Positions 46,579 to 59,220 of a DNA stretch of 64,000 bases are shown one piece after another. This DNA comes from Takakia lepidozioides. Lineage: Eukaryota; Plantae; Bryophyta. Below the pieces are notes generated by a model. The model was not told where the DNA came from. It searched no databases and saw only the letters and a program-made list of their open reading frames with translations. Positions within the stretch are counted from its first letter, which is position 1; every line of letters begins with the position of its first letter. The stretch is from the NCBI GenBank assembly GCA_030704615.1, contig JAKLZA010000009.1, positions 62,001 to 126,000 of the forward strand. The letters are read 5' to 3'. Made by a program: the position numbers and the translations under genes.

Positions 46579-49500
46579 TATGTAGTGTGTCTCCCTTTTT
46601 AAGTGTCAGGGTCCTCACTAACCACCTCACTGGCTGACCTCCCACTGGTGGTATGAATGGTTTCAAATCCCGCCTACTTCTTACCCATTCCTTGTTTGCC
46701 CCATCTCTTAGCCTGCATCTGCGTGCAGCTTCCCCTGTCCTTGTGGTGTTTCCCGCATCTTTGTACCCCAAAAAGTCTTAGGGTCCCTCCCATGGAGATG
46801 TCATGGAAGACCTCTTTCCAGGCCTCAACATCATCACCTTGCTGTTCTCTATGAACTTGCAGTAGTTGCGCCCTGCTTGATGTCTCCTTTCATAATCCCT
46901 TGCCTGCTGACGCTGCCCTTTCTTCACATTTTTCCGCAGCTTAGCCTTTATCTCTGATAGGAGCTGGATTTTCTGCTGCATCATCAGTGTGACCTCTGCA
47001 ACAGATCCCTCAAAATTTACTGCTGCTGTAAGAAAGTGCAACCTGTTATCGATCCCAAGTCTTGGAATCCTACCAGTCAGCACTTGAAAAGGTGAGAATC
47101 CTGTTGAAGCATGAACACCCATTCTGTAACCAAACAAGCTTTGTATAGGTTCTGATCCCACTCAGTGTCGTTTCCAACTCCCAAGGTGGTGATGCTCTGC
47201 TTGAGGGACTTAATCACCTTTTCCACCATTCCGTTACACTGAGGCCAGTAGGGAGCGCTATGCTCTCTTTTTATACCATATTCGCGGCATGCATCTTCAA
47301 ACTCACCTCCCCACTCCGTGCCATTGTCAGTGAGCAATGTGTGGGGGCAGCTATACCTGTTAATGACTTCTTCCACTAGAAAGCGGGCAGTAAGTGCTGT
47401 TGTATGATCTGCCACTGGTGCAGCCTCTATCCATTTTGAGAAGTGATCTATTGCTACCAGAAAGTACTGATTGCCCCTGCTGGTTATGGGTAATGGCCCT
47501 GCTGTGTCAATTGCAACTCTGAAAAACAGATCCACAACTGGAATGTTGTGAAGTTTTGAGCTACCTGAGCGTAACACTCCGTTCTGTTTGGTCATCTGAC
47601 ATTCTCCACAGCCCTTGAGTACTTGCCTGATGAGTTTCGTTCTGTCATGCCAGAAATACCGTCGACATATCTCTTCTTGTGTTCTCCGGATTCCAAAATG
47701 GCCAGTGGCCTTATGCACTTCATTGATTATTGCCTCTCTGTCCGTTCTTGGTGGAACTACCCTTCCCTCAAAGTAGACTTCCCCTTTGAGATAGGAGTAC
47801 TGCCTTGCCCGCCTGCTGGCTCTCTTGCTTTCTTCCTTTGTCAAATAGTCATTGACTTCTCCAAAACACAAGAGATGCATAACTTCCACATCATCAAGTA
47901 CATCAGGTTGCCTTTCCTCCTTAACAGCTGCTGTATGATTGTCAGAGCTGATGAGAGAGTCTTCCCCTCATCTTTCAGCTGCACGTAATAGTGACATCTG
48001 AGTAGCTTTGGTGGGTGTGCTCCATGGCACCCAGTCCCCTTTAACATCCTTGTGAACAACGTGATCCATTACTGTCTGAAGAATAAAATGTCTTGGTGGA
48101 ACACTCACCCCCCATGTGTCCTTCAGCTGGGCATTCTGATGAGGAGGTCACCCGAATTCTTCCTGTTGTCTCTGTGTATATAGAGTGTTGAAGGAATGGT
48201 GTTTCTAGTGAGCTTCCCTTTTCATTGTTTGATCGTTCTTCCACAAGTTCACAGGCTGGCTGTACCTTGCTTAGCTCCTGATCACGAGCATGAGATCCTC
48301 GGGTAATCACATGGATGGTGGGACAAGAGATCTGCCCCTTCTTTGTTGCTGATTGCAGGAACCTCCTTCCTTCCTGCACCCACATCTTTCCAAATACCTT
48401 CCCTTACCAGATTGACAGGGGTTGATTGATCAATGCCCTCTCCTTGGGTCTTGGTGGCAAAAGTCCGTGCAACAAAAGTCACCTTCTTTCCTTCCCTATC
48501 TGGCATTACGCCTGGTTTTAGTTCTCCTTTCAATATACCATGAGCCTTGGTCAACATCCCACCTGTGGAAGATCTATCTATTCCAGGAACGAACTCAAAT
48601 GAAAAGTCACCAAGCAAGTCTATGCCTATGTGGTGTTCTGAGTATAGCCACCAATATGGATCCAGATCTGTTTCTAAAGAAAAATGACATCCCAACAGTG
48701 TCTTCTTGAAATACCAAAGACCCCATACACATGCATAGTACTCCTCTCTCTTGCAAATCATCTCCCCCTTTTCACTGCTATACCCTACTTGCCTATGAGC
48801 TTCTTCTCTCAACTCCTTCTTACCCTCTTTAAATTGAAATAGAGAAGCATTGATGGCACCCCTATCCCACTCTAGTCTAAGAAGATAGGCTCCATCCCTC
48901 TTTCTCCCTTCCCTTTTCTGACTGTATAGAGAAGTAGAGTATACCTCGATTTCCTCGGTTTCCTCAGCTGGTCCCACTAGATACCTGCTTAGCGCATCTA
49001 CGTTAGCATGCCTAGCACCCGCCCTATGAACAATTTTAAACTCAAAATCTTGTAACATCATGATCCATCTACCCCTGCGTCCATATGCGTCACTTACCGT
49101 TGCCAACCACTCCAGTGGTTTGTGATCAGTCCTGATTACAAAAGGGGTTCCATACAGGTACTGCCTAAAGTGTAATACTCCCCACACCAAGGCATAGCAT
49201 TCACCTTCCATAGGGTGATATTTTCGCTGAGCATCAGATAGTACCTTACTAGCGTATGCAATGACCCTCTCCTTTTTATACTCCTTTTGTGACAAGACTG
49301 CCCCCACTCCTTTGATGGACCAGTCAACATCCAGGACGAAAGGCCTTGAAAAATCTGGCCTGGCCAGAATGGGAGCAGTCACCAGCTTCACTTGTAGGGC
49401 AGAAAAGGCGTTTTGTGCCTTTGCACTCCAGATAAACTTCACATCCTTCTTAGTTAGAGTGAACAAAGGTACTGCCACTCCAGCATACCCCTTGACATAG

Positions 49501-51918
49501 GGCCTATAATACCCTGTCATCCCCAAATAACTTTTGAGAGCAGTGTGGTTTTTGGGCAAGGGAAACCTTTCAATTGCAGCTATCTTATCTGGATCAGGCC
49601 AGGTTCCTTCTTCAGAGATCACATGCCCAAGGAATACCAACTGCAAATTGGCAAAATAACACTTGTCCGGATTGAGCCTAAGATTGGCCCTTCTAACCTT
49701 CATCAGTACTCTCTTTATGTGCCCCACGTGATCTGCCCAGTCCTTGCTATGGATATTGACGTCATCTACAAAGACCTTGGCGCAATCTTTAATTTCTTCC
49801 TTAAGCACCCTATTCATTGTTCTTTGGAAGTAGCAGTGGCATTTTTTAGCCCAAATGGCATGACCAGCCATTCATACAATCCCTTCTTGGTGATTACTGC
49901 TGTTTTGCTTATATCTCGGTCGTCCATCTTAATCTGCCAAAAACCAGATTGTAAATCCAGAGCAGAGAACCACTTGGCTTTCCCCAACTGATTCAAAACA
50001 TCCTGAATTAATGGCATAGGGTAAGAGTCCCTCCTAGTCAAGCGGTTCACCGGCCTGAAATCACCACAAAAACGCTTGGATCCATCCTTTTTTGGTGGAA
50101 GGGTGACTGGACATGACCATTCTGAACTACTTTCCTGCATCTTACCTTGTGAGATCAAAGTCTCAATCTGTCTTTGTACCTCGTTTTCCTCCCACTCTGA
50201 TAGGCGGCTGGGATGACTTCTGCAAGGGGGAAAACCTTGTGTATCAATTGTATGTTCCACCTCACTGCAATAACCCAAGTCAGCTTTGCTAAGAGCAAAA
50301 CATTCCTGATTTTCTCTCAGCTCTTGCTCCAGTTTTATCCTATGTTCTGGGGCTAGCTCTGGATTGATGTGAAGTCTGGATTTCAGACTTCTCCAACGAC
50401 TCTCCATTTCTTCTTCATGGCTGGGTTCCCAACTCTTTCCCTCCACCTGGTGTACAGAGTTAGCTACCCTCTGCCTTTCTTCTGAGTCACAACCTGATTC
50501 CAATCATGGAAATCATCCTCTATTTCCACGTTGTTGTTCCCTAGTTCACCATTCCAAGCTTTCTGGTAAGCTTCCTGTATGATAGAGGCAGCCATGCTAT
50601 GATGGGTCTCTTCCTGAAGGAGTTCAGACATCCCTTGGTCTTCGAACAAATCCTCCCCTAGGTTGACATTATCTATTATCTCCTCTACATTCTTCAGGGC
50701 TCTATCTACCTTTTCGTTCTCCTCATATCCTCCCATCTCCTCATCTTTATCAGATTCAGAGCTGTCAGAGTTTGGAGATCCTTCCTCCGTGTCCACAAAC
50801 TCTTCCTCGGGCTTTCTTTCTTCTTCCCACAAACCTAGGTACTGTTCATCTGATGTCAGGGTCAAGACATTTCCTGCTGACGTAGTGCTTGCATACCTTA
50901 CTCTGCCCTCATCCCCTCTGTGGTAGGCTGTTCTGGTGACTGCAGGCTCATTATAATTTATAGTGTGCAAAGGGAAGTGAGCAAAATCCTTTCCTGGCCC
51001 ATAGCGTACACAAATCGTTTCAGCTTCGGTGTCAACTACCGCGCCAAACTTTTTGAGAAAGTCCAAGCCCAAAAGCATGTGATACGTATCCGTGTTTACC
51101 ACCATAAAGGACAAGCGATTGGTCAGCTCTCCTACTTTGACCTTGATGTCCTCAAGTCTGCCCATTGCAGTCTCAAGAGCACCTGAGGCTACTCTGTAAT
51201 TTACATCCTTATCAGTAACAACAGATCCCATCAGACCAAGATCCCTGACTGTACTTGCGGATATCACAGAAAGCATGGCACCGGTGTCAATTTGGCCTAA
51301 TACTTGGTAATCTCCCATTGTAATCATTACATGAAGCGCTTTAACCTTACCAGTATAAGCATACGAGATTGTGGGCTCAGCGTGTGCTGAGTACAAAGGC
51401 CTTGGAACATCCCTCACAATTTCTACACTGTGAGTTGTCTCCTTTTGTTGTACCATTGCCCTTTCCACCACTTTGACCAGCCCCTTTAATTTGTCTAACT
51501 CTCCGGGCACAGTCATGATTAGGTCCATGGGAGACAAGGATATTCTCCCCTTGTAGAAGTGGTTCAGGATTCTGGATTTAGTACCTCCTTCTATGGCAGC
51601 TTTGAAATTGTTCTTTGGGTAGATCTCACTCTTGGTCTTGCTTGGCTGTTCACTGCTCTCACCATTCCTCTCTGGTGACTCTGTAGGTTCAACAGTAGGA
51701 CTCTGGACAGGGATACGCGTCCTTGGAAGTCTGACTTCATTGATACTATTTTGTGACATCAGATCTGTCATTTCTGCGAGTACATCATCCTCATCATCAT
51801 AGAACACATCTACAAAGTTAGTTCCAGGAGTTCCTATCATAGTCTGGTCAAGTTTTCTACTGCACTCACTCTCTGTATGCCCTAGTACCTTGCAAAAGTT
51901 GCATCTCACACCACACAT
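46574..51918 (-). pseudogene. gag-pol of the minus-strand Gypsy, several frameshifts
   Basis: CNFCKVLGHTESEC, IDTGA protease, LDLQSGFWQ/MPFGLKNA/FVDD RT, DVDWS..IAYAS..TDHKPL RNase H, H..GHFG..C..C, VAIDT/TDNG/NGMVE integrase, PWEGP. Confidence 0.93.
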
Positions 51919-51919
51919 T

Positions 51920-52914
51920 TGTTAGAGGACTGTATGGGACTTAGACACTTATACGGGATCTATAGGATACCCTTAATTTTTGCACAGACTGAGACCAACA
52001 GGAGCCTTAGGGGTGACAGCAGCGCACTGTAGAGGGGGGTTACACAGTCCATCACAGTCGTCACAGCCGACATAACCACACAGCCAGTCACAGCCGACAC
52101 AGCCAGACACAGTTAGCACAGCTCGTCACAACCCGACACAGCCATCACAGCCAACACAGCCCGTCACAGCCGACACAGCCACACAGCCAAACACAGTCGC
52201 ACAGCCAGTCACAGCCCGTCTAAGTTTCACACAGCCAGTCACAGCTTGATACAGCTGTCACGACCAGATGGAACGGAGAGCAGGACAGGGAGTGACTGTG
52301 GGGAACAACACCTGCAAATGGAACATGTTAGTTCACGGACGACGGTTAGTGAGGGAAACGGTTAGAGCCACGGGTAGGAAGATAAAGGGAGAAGCAAGGA
52401 TTGAGAAGGGGACAGATATATATTCTTGGAAGCACTTCAGGGGGGAGGACTTCTTGGTGATGCAGGAGAGGGGATCGGACGGAGAGTAAAGATGGAGACC
52501 ACGGAGAAGGAGGAAAGATGATTAGTAGATGCTTGTTATATGCAAAGCTGTAGTGATATTGTAGAGCAGATTAGAGACACAATGGCTTCGGCCTGATACC
52601 TGATAAATCATAATCTGATACTTATACGATACAATCACACTGTGTAGAGAGATCTGAGTGAAGCTGTGGAATGAATGGATGAGTTGATGGAATCCGATAG
52701 ATTGATGAAGCAAACTGATACTTAATTAGTAATGGTAAGGTAGCTAACATGAATGCGGAAAGGGAAACAAATAGGAAACACCCCCATGATACACTAGCTG
52801 TAGGTCATGACTGATTGTTTTGCGCGGGCTGAGTACTTAGAGATTTCCAACTCTTCTATCTTGGAGTTTCCGCCTCGGATAGCGAAGGGATGGGTGAGTA
52901 AAAGCCGCGCGACA
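51920..52914 (+). repeat. 5' LTR of copy 2
   Basis: TG...CA, near-identical to 62670-63685. Confidence 0.96.
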
Positions 52915-52916
52915 TT

Positions 52917-52934
52917 TGGCGACCATACTGGGGA
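52917..52934 (+). other. Primer-binding site, probably tRNA-Arg
   Basis: TGGCGACCATACTGGGGA 2 bp after the LTR; resembles the TGGCGACTCCACTGGGGA Arg-type PBS of Tat/Ogre elements. Confidence 0.8.
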
Positions 52935-53295
52935 ACTGAGTCAAGAACAACCAGATGTGACAGGCATCTGGTGGGATCATGGTGGTTGGACCATTAAAGA
53001 ATTTGAAGTGAATCAAATTCCCTGTGGAGCAAAGGAAGAAAGATTGTCCAAACAATTCTTTCAAAGGTTCTTGGAATTGCCAGACGGTTGTAAGGAAAAT
53101 ATTCTTAAGCGAGTGCATGATGCTGATCTGGAATGGGGTCTAGAGATAGGAGTGATAAAGATTTATCAGGTAGCCTGTAGAGGAAGAGCACGTTGGTTAC
53201 CAACGTTGGTTTATGTGATAGCATTGCTATCCATTCATCGAGTAGAGTTTGAAGGCTGGGAAGAAAGAAAGGTGAATGTTTATACTCATATGCAT

Positions 53296-56200
53296 GAAGC
53301 ATGAAACTGTTGAGGAGTATATGGAAAAGATGGAATTGATGATGAAAAAGCTGGCTGCAGTACCAACCCCCGGTTTATAGAAGACTTGGTTTGTGAGTGG
53401 ACTAAGACCAGAGTTGCAAAAGAAAGTGGATATGTTACCCCATAATACAGTGGAGGAGGCATTTGAAACTGCAAACAGAATTGAGCAATTGGGAATGCTC
53501 AGGAGAGAGAAAAGGGATGATGAGGACTCTGAGGATGAGTCAGATGAAGAAGAAGAGCAAGAACTAAAAAGGAAGAGTAAGAGAAAGGAGAAGTTGAAGA
53601 GGGATAACTATGAAAAAAGATTGGAAGAAATCTTGAAGAAGTATGCCACAGAGGCTGCAACACATTGGAGGAAGGGTGTATGGTGTGCAAAGTGCCAGAA
53701 TGAAGGCCATACCACCACAGAATGCCACATGAAGGAGAAACACTGTACTATATGTAAAATGGATAACCATTCTACTGAGAATTGTTACTACAACAGAAGG
53801 ACAGCTGCAAGAGAACCTAGGCAAGTAAGGGTGCATCAGGTGCAGCCCCAGCGAAGAAGAAACAATGATCAGGACCACTATGGTAGGTCTGGTGGTTATA
53901 ACAATGGCATGGAAAGGAGAAGTAATTCAAGAGGGAATTACCAAGGAAATTCCAGAGGCAACTATCAGGGTAATCCAAGGGGAATTACCAGCCCGGGAAT
54001 CACGATTACAGAAATTAATCCAAGAACAGACCAAGGGCGAGGACCCAATGGTGAAGAACTATGTTACTATTGTAATCAGCCAGGACATCGCAAGGCAGCC
54101 TGTTCATTCTGGATTAGACACCAGAATGAGATGAGAGCTCATGTGGAATGAGGGCCCAGTGGTGGCAGCTCACATGGTTAGGCCATGTGTTGTACCAGAA
54201 GTAAGTACAATGATAGTAACAAGAAGTAAAGCCAAACTAATACCTCCAGTAGTAGAGGAAGAAGATGATAATGAAGGTGGCAGTGATATGCCTGAAGATG
54301 ATGAGGCTTGGAGAGATGAGAAGGAACTGCACAAGGAAGTGGCAGATACCATAAGGGAAATGCAGAAGAGTACTGATATTCCTGTGGCAGATTCCTCTGA
54401 TTCTGATGGAGAAGAAGAAGGGAGGTGAGGATGAAAGAAAGAAAGAAGATGCAGACATGCAAAGTAATGAAGAGACTTTGGCTGAAGTAATATGCCAGAC
54501 CAAAGCAGAAATTACCATTGGACAGCTATTGGCTGTGGCACCTTATTGTAGGCACAGGCTGTATCAAGCAATCAATCGAATTGCCCAGGAGACAGGAAAC
54601 ACAGACCTGAACAGCAAGGTGACCAGTTATAATGTGAAGCCGGAAGGGCGAGAAACAGTCATGGACTTTGATGATTCTATGCCAGTAATCCAATTGAGAA
54701 TTGGAAGCACAGAACTAACTGATGTACTGATAGATGGAGGTTCTGGAGTAAATATCATGACAGACCAATTAAGGAAGAAGCTTGGTCTAAGTAACATGAA
54801 ACCAGCCCCATTTACAGTAACAATGGCAGATCAAAGAAGTGTACAGCCATTGGGATTAATAAGAGGAGTTAAGATACAGATACAGAAGATGATCTTTATG
54901 ATCACAGTAACTGTGTTGAAGATGGATGAAGTCATGGAGGCTTACTCCTTATTATTGGGACGTCCGTGGCTGAAACAGGCCAGGGTATTCCATGACTGGA
55001 ATTCTCAGTTACTAACCGTGCATAATGGGATACACGAGATACAAATTACCACAAAGAAATCTAGTAGATTACCTGCTACAAGAAGACCTCGAGGAGTCAG
55101 AGAGTATGACTGGAAAGGAGGACTGGATGAGGAGCAGGAAGCTACCCTATTTGCTGCACACCCAGAGTGGGAGCAGGTTGCAGAGATGCGGCTGGAAAGC
55201 CTAAGTTGTTTAAGAGGTATCTGCTGTGGTGTAGTGACAGCAACACCAACTGAAGAGGAAACCAGCAGTTACCCATCACATTTCTATGAAGAAAGAGAAG
55301 GAGAAATGGAAATCCTAGAGGAACCAGCCACTGTGAGCTTACAGGATGAAGTGGTGACTGGTTGGACAATCACAGCTGATGAGCAAGTGAGGGAAGTGAA
55401 TGTGGGAACTAAAGAGGAACCGAGGATGGTGAAAGTAGGAGCTGATTTGGAGCCGGAATTCTTTGAAGAAGCTAAAAGCTTGTTCATCAAATACAGAGAT
55501 GTATTTGCTTGGAGCTATGAGGATCTAAAAGGGATACCACCTGAAGTCTGTCAGCATAAGATTGAACTGGAACCAGGGTCAGTACCAATCAAGCAGGCGA
55601 GGTACAGAATGAATCCCAACTACGCACAGAAGGTTGGAGAAGAGATCAAGAAGTTGGCTGAGGCTAAGTTTATATACCCAATAGAGTATACAACTTGGTT
55701 GTCACCCATTGTTATAGTTCCCAAGAAGAATGGTAAACTAAGAGTTTGTGTGAACTACAAGAAGCTGAATGCTTGTACGAAGAAAGATCCTTTCCCTTTG
55801 CCATTCACAGAAGCAGTATTAGACACTGTGGCAGGCCATGAGATGTACTCATTCATGGATGGCTTCAGTGGTTATAATCAAGTGCAAGTGGCAGAAGAAG
55901 ACCAAGGAAAAACAGCTTTCATCACAGACTGGGGTGCTTATGCATACAAAGTCATGCCCTTTGGACTTTGTAATGCACCAGCGACCTTTCAGAGAGTGAT
56001 AAGTGAATCTTTTCATGAGTATCTGGATGATTTCATGCAGGTATTCTTGGATGATTTCAGTGTGTACAGCTCTAAGAATGAGCACTTGCATAAATTGGAG
56101 TTATGTCTGGCCAGATGCAGGATGAGAGGTCTGGGCCTGAATCCAGAGAAGTGTACTTTCTGTGTGAACTCAGGGGTGCTTCTGGGACACATTGTGTGTA

Positions 56201-58200
56201 AGAAGGGACTTCTTGTGGATCCCAGGAAGACAGAGTCCATTAAAGCCTCTCCACCACCAGTGAATGTTAAGAGTCTAAGGAGATTCCTTGGGCAAACCAG
56301 TTATTACAGAAGATTTGTCAAAAGGTATGCACAAATAGCAGCACCATTGAGCAAGCTTCTGAAGAAAGATGCAGTGTTTGCCTGGACAGCTGAATGTCAA
56401 CAGGCGTTTGAGGAACTTACACTGTCAGTAACAACTACACCTGTGCTGATTAACCCTCACTGGCATGTAGTATTTCATGTTCACTGCGATGCATCAGGAG
56501 AAGCGTTGGGAGCGGTGTTAGCCCAGAATGTTACAGGAAATATAGATTCACCTGTGTACTATGCTAGCAGGTTGATGAACAGTGCTGAAAGGAACTATAG
56601 CACAACGGAAAGAGAAGCATTGGCAATGATCTATGCAGTGAAGAAATTCAGGCATTACCTGTTGGGCAAGAAGTTTATGTTCTATGTGGATCACCAGGCT
56701 CTGATATACCTGGTAAACAAACCTCTGATAAGCGGAAGAATAGCAAGATGGTTGATAATCTTGCACGAGTTTGAGTTCGAGGTTGTTTACAAGCCTGGGA
56801 GACTGCATCTTGTGGCGGATCACTTGTCACGGTTATCAACAGGAGAACCAGCCACAGGAATAGATGATCAATTACCAGATGCGAGTCTATTTGCAGTGGA
56901 GGTGCAGGGAAGTGCAGATGACTGGTTAGATTGGCAGTGGCCAATCAGATACTACCTTGCTCATGGTCAGTGCCCACCTAGTTATGGTAAGGAGCAGAGG
57001 AAGAGAATCGCTATCAAAGCTTTACCTTATACTATGGTAGGAAGCAGAATGTATAAGCTAGGACCTGATGGAGTACTAAAACGATGCTTGTACCACCATG
57101 AAGTAAATAAAGTTTTGGAGGAAGTTCATAAAGGAGTGGCTGGAGGTCATTTTGGAGAAGAGACTACCAGTAGGAAGATACTACTCGCAGGTTACTGGTG
57201 GCCTACTTTGTTCAAAGATGTACACGAGTATTGTCAGAGTTGTGATGAATGTCAGAGGCTAGGACCTTTGCAGAGATCTGGAAGGATGGCCTTGCATCCT
57301 ACAATGCCTACGGAACCATTTCAGAAATGGGGACTAGACTTTGTTGGACCAATTAACCCACCAGCCAAGAATACACGGAACAGGTACATAATTACAGCCA
57401 CTGATTATACTACGAAGTGGGTGGAAGCTAAAGCTTTGAGGGACAACACAGCCAAGTCCACAGCAAGGTTCCTGTATGAGAACATACTTACACGATTTGG
57501 CTGTCCCTTAGAATTTATCAGTGATCAGGGAAGTCACTTCATGAATGAGACCATTGAGTTGTTGACTAAAGAGTTCATGATTGTGCATAGAAAGAGTACA
57601 ACATATTACCCACAGGGTAATGGGCAGGCAGAGGCTACCAACAAAATACTATGTACTATCTTGGCTAAGATAGTCAATGCAAACAGAACGGATTGGGATA
57701 CAAAGCTGCTGACAGCTTTGTGGTCATACAGGACTTCATATAAAGTCACCACTAAGTATACACCATTCCAATTAGTTTATGGTATGGAAGCCTTACTTCC
57801 AGTGGAATTCCTGTTACCTACCATGAGAACGGAGTGGGGAAAGAGAATGGAATTGCAAGATTCCATTAAGGTCAGGAAACATGAATTATACCATGTGGAA
57901 GAAGTACGTGCTGATGCAGCTGATAATATGACCAGAATTCAGATGAAGAGAAAGGAACAGTTTGATGAAGGCAAGTTAAAGACTTTTAAGACGGGGGATT
58001 TGGTTCTATGGTTGCAGAAGAAAGGAAAGATTAAAGCTTCTAAGCTTAAATCACCATGGAAAGGACCTTATGTCATACAAAAGATGTATGATAACAACAC
58101 CGCCATGTTACAAACCATTAACAAAGAAATGCTGGGAAGAGTCAATGCCAATAAGTTAAAGGGATACAGTGGTATCCATGACAAACCCATTGCAGCATGA
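53296..58200 (+). CDS. gag-pol of copy 2 (gag 5'-deleted and frameshifted; PR-RT-RH-INT intact in 54406-58200)
   Basis: Same motifs as copy 1; 1264-aa open frame. Confidence 0.95.
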
Positions 58201-59220
58201 TTTGCATGTTGAAACGCAAGAGCAGTCACGGGCTGCACCAGTGTTACCAACGGAGTATGGAGCACTTGTCGCTAGGCCAAGCATATATGACCAGGGCGGG
58301 CGGAAAAGGCGAAACACAGCCTATCACAGCCCATCAAGGTGAAACACAGCCTATCACAGCCCATCACAACGTGACACAGCCTATCACAACCTACCACAGC
58401 GTGTCACAGCCTATCACAGCTTACCACAGTGCATCACAGCCTATCACAGCGTACCACAGTATGACACAGCCTGTCACAGCTCAACACAGCCTACTAGGGT
58501 TACACGATCCATAGAATCAGTGACAGGTGGACGCACAATAACTTCAGGAAAATGGCTGACGGAAGAAAAGACGGAAACCAGTTTAAAAATAGACACGTGG
58601 AAGTCAGGGCGCGACACACAGCTGAGAAGGAAGTGCAAGAACAGGTGTCATCAAGAAAGAGGACAAGAATGGCCGTCAAAATACCTAATCAGCGCGTCAA
58701 ATTGGATGAAAGGCGGGCCCATTAATGAATACGGAAAAAGGGGAACGGAACAAACGGCAAGTACAGAAAAACGAAATTCTTGTCACATGTGTGATCCTAG
58801 TGGACTATCCAGCAGGGAAAGTCCACTAAAGAAAATGAAATCTAAAATCCAGTCACAGCGGTTACAGCCAATAGAAAGCCAGAGAAAGGATCAAGAAATT
58901 GGAGGGAAATTAAGCGCAAGAGGCGGCGTCGTTCTGAGTAACGGGCGTCTCGACGGGACAGACCATCAATGCTATAGCTTGGAAACTATGGAGGAACTAA
59001 CAGACTATACGCTCGCAATATTACTTACGCAGTGGCATAGACACGAAAGAACAGAGCGGAGCTTTTCTCTTGATCGATGCTTGCAAGCCCCACAGGCTTA
59101 CAAGAAATTACCCATAGCTTTTTGTGGCAACCATACGTTTATGCTTTGTGCACTACAGGCATTTCTGCATTGTTCACATTTCTGCAGTTGTTACAGCCAA
59201 AACATTTCTGTGGGTCTAAA

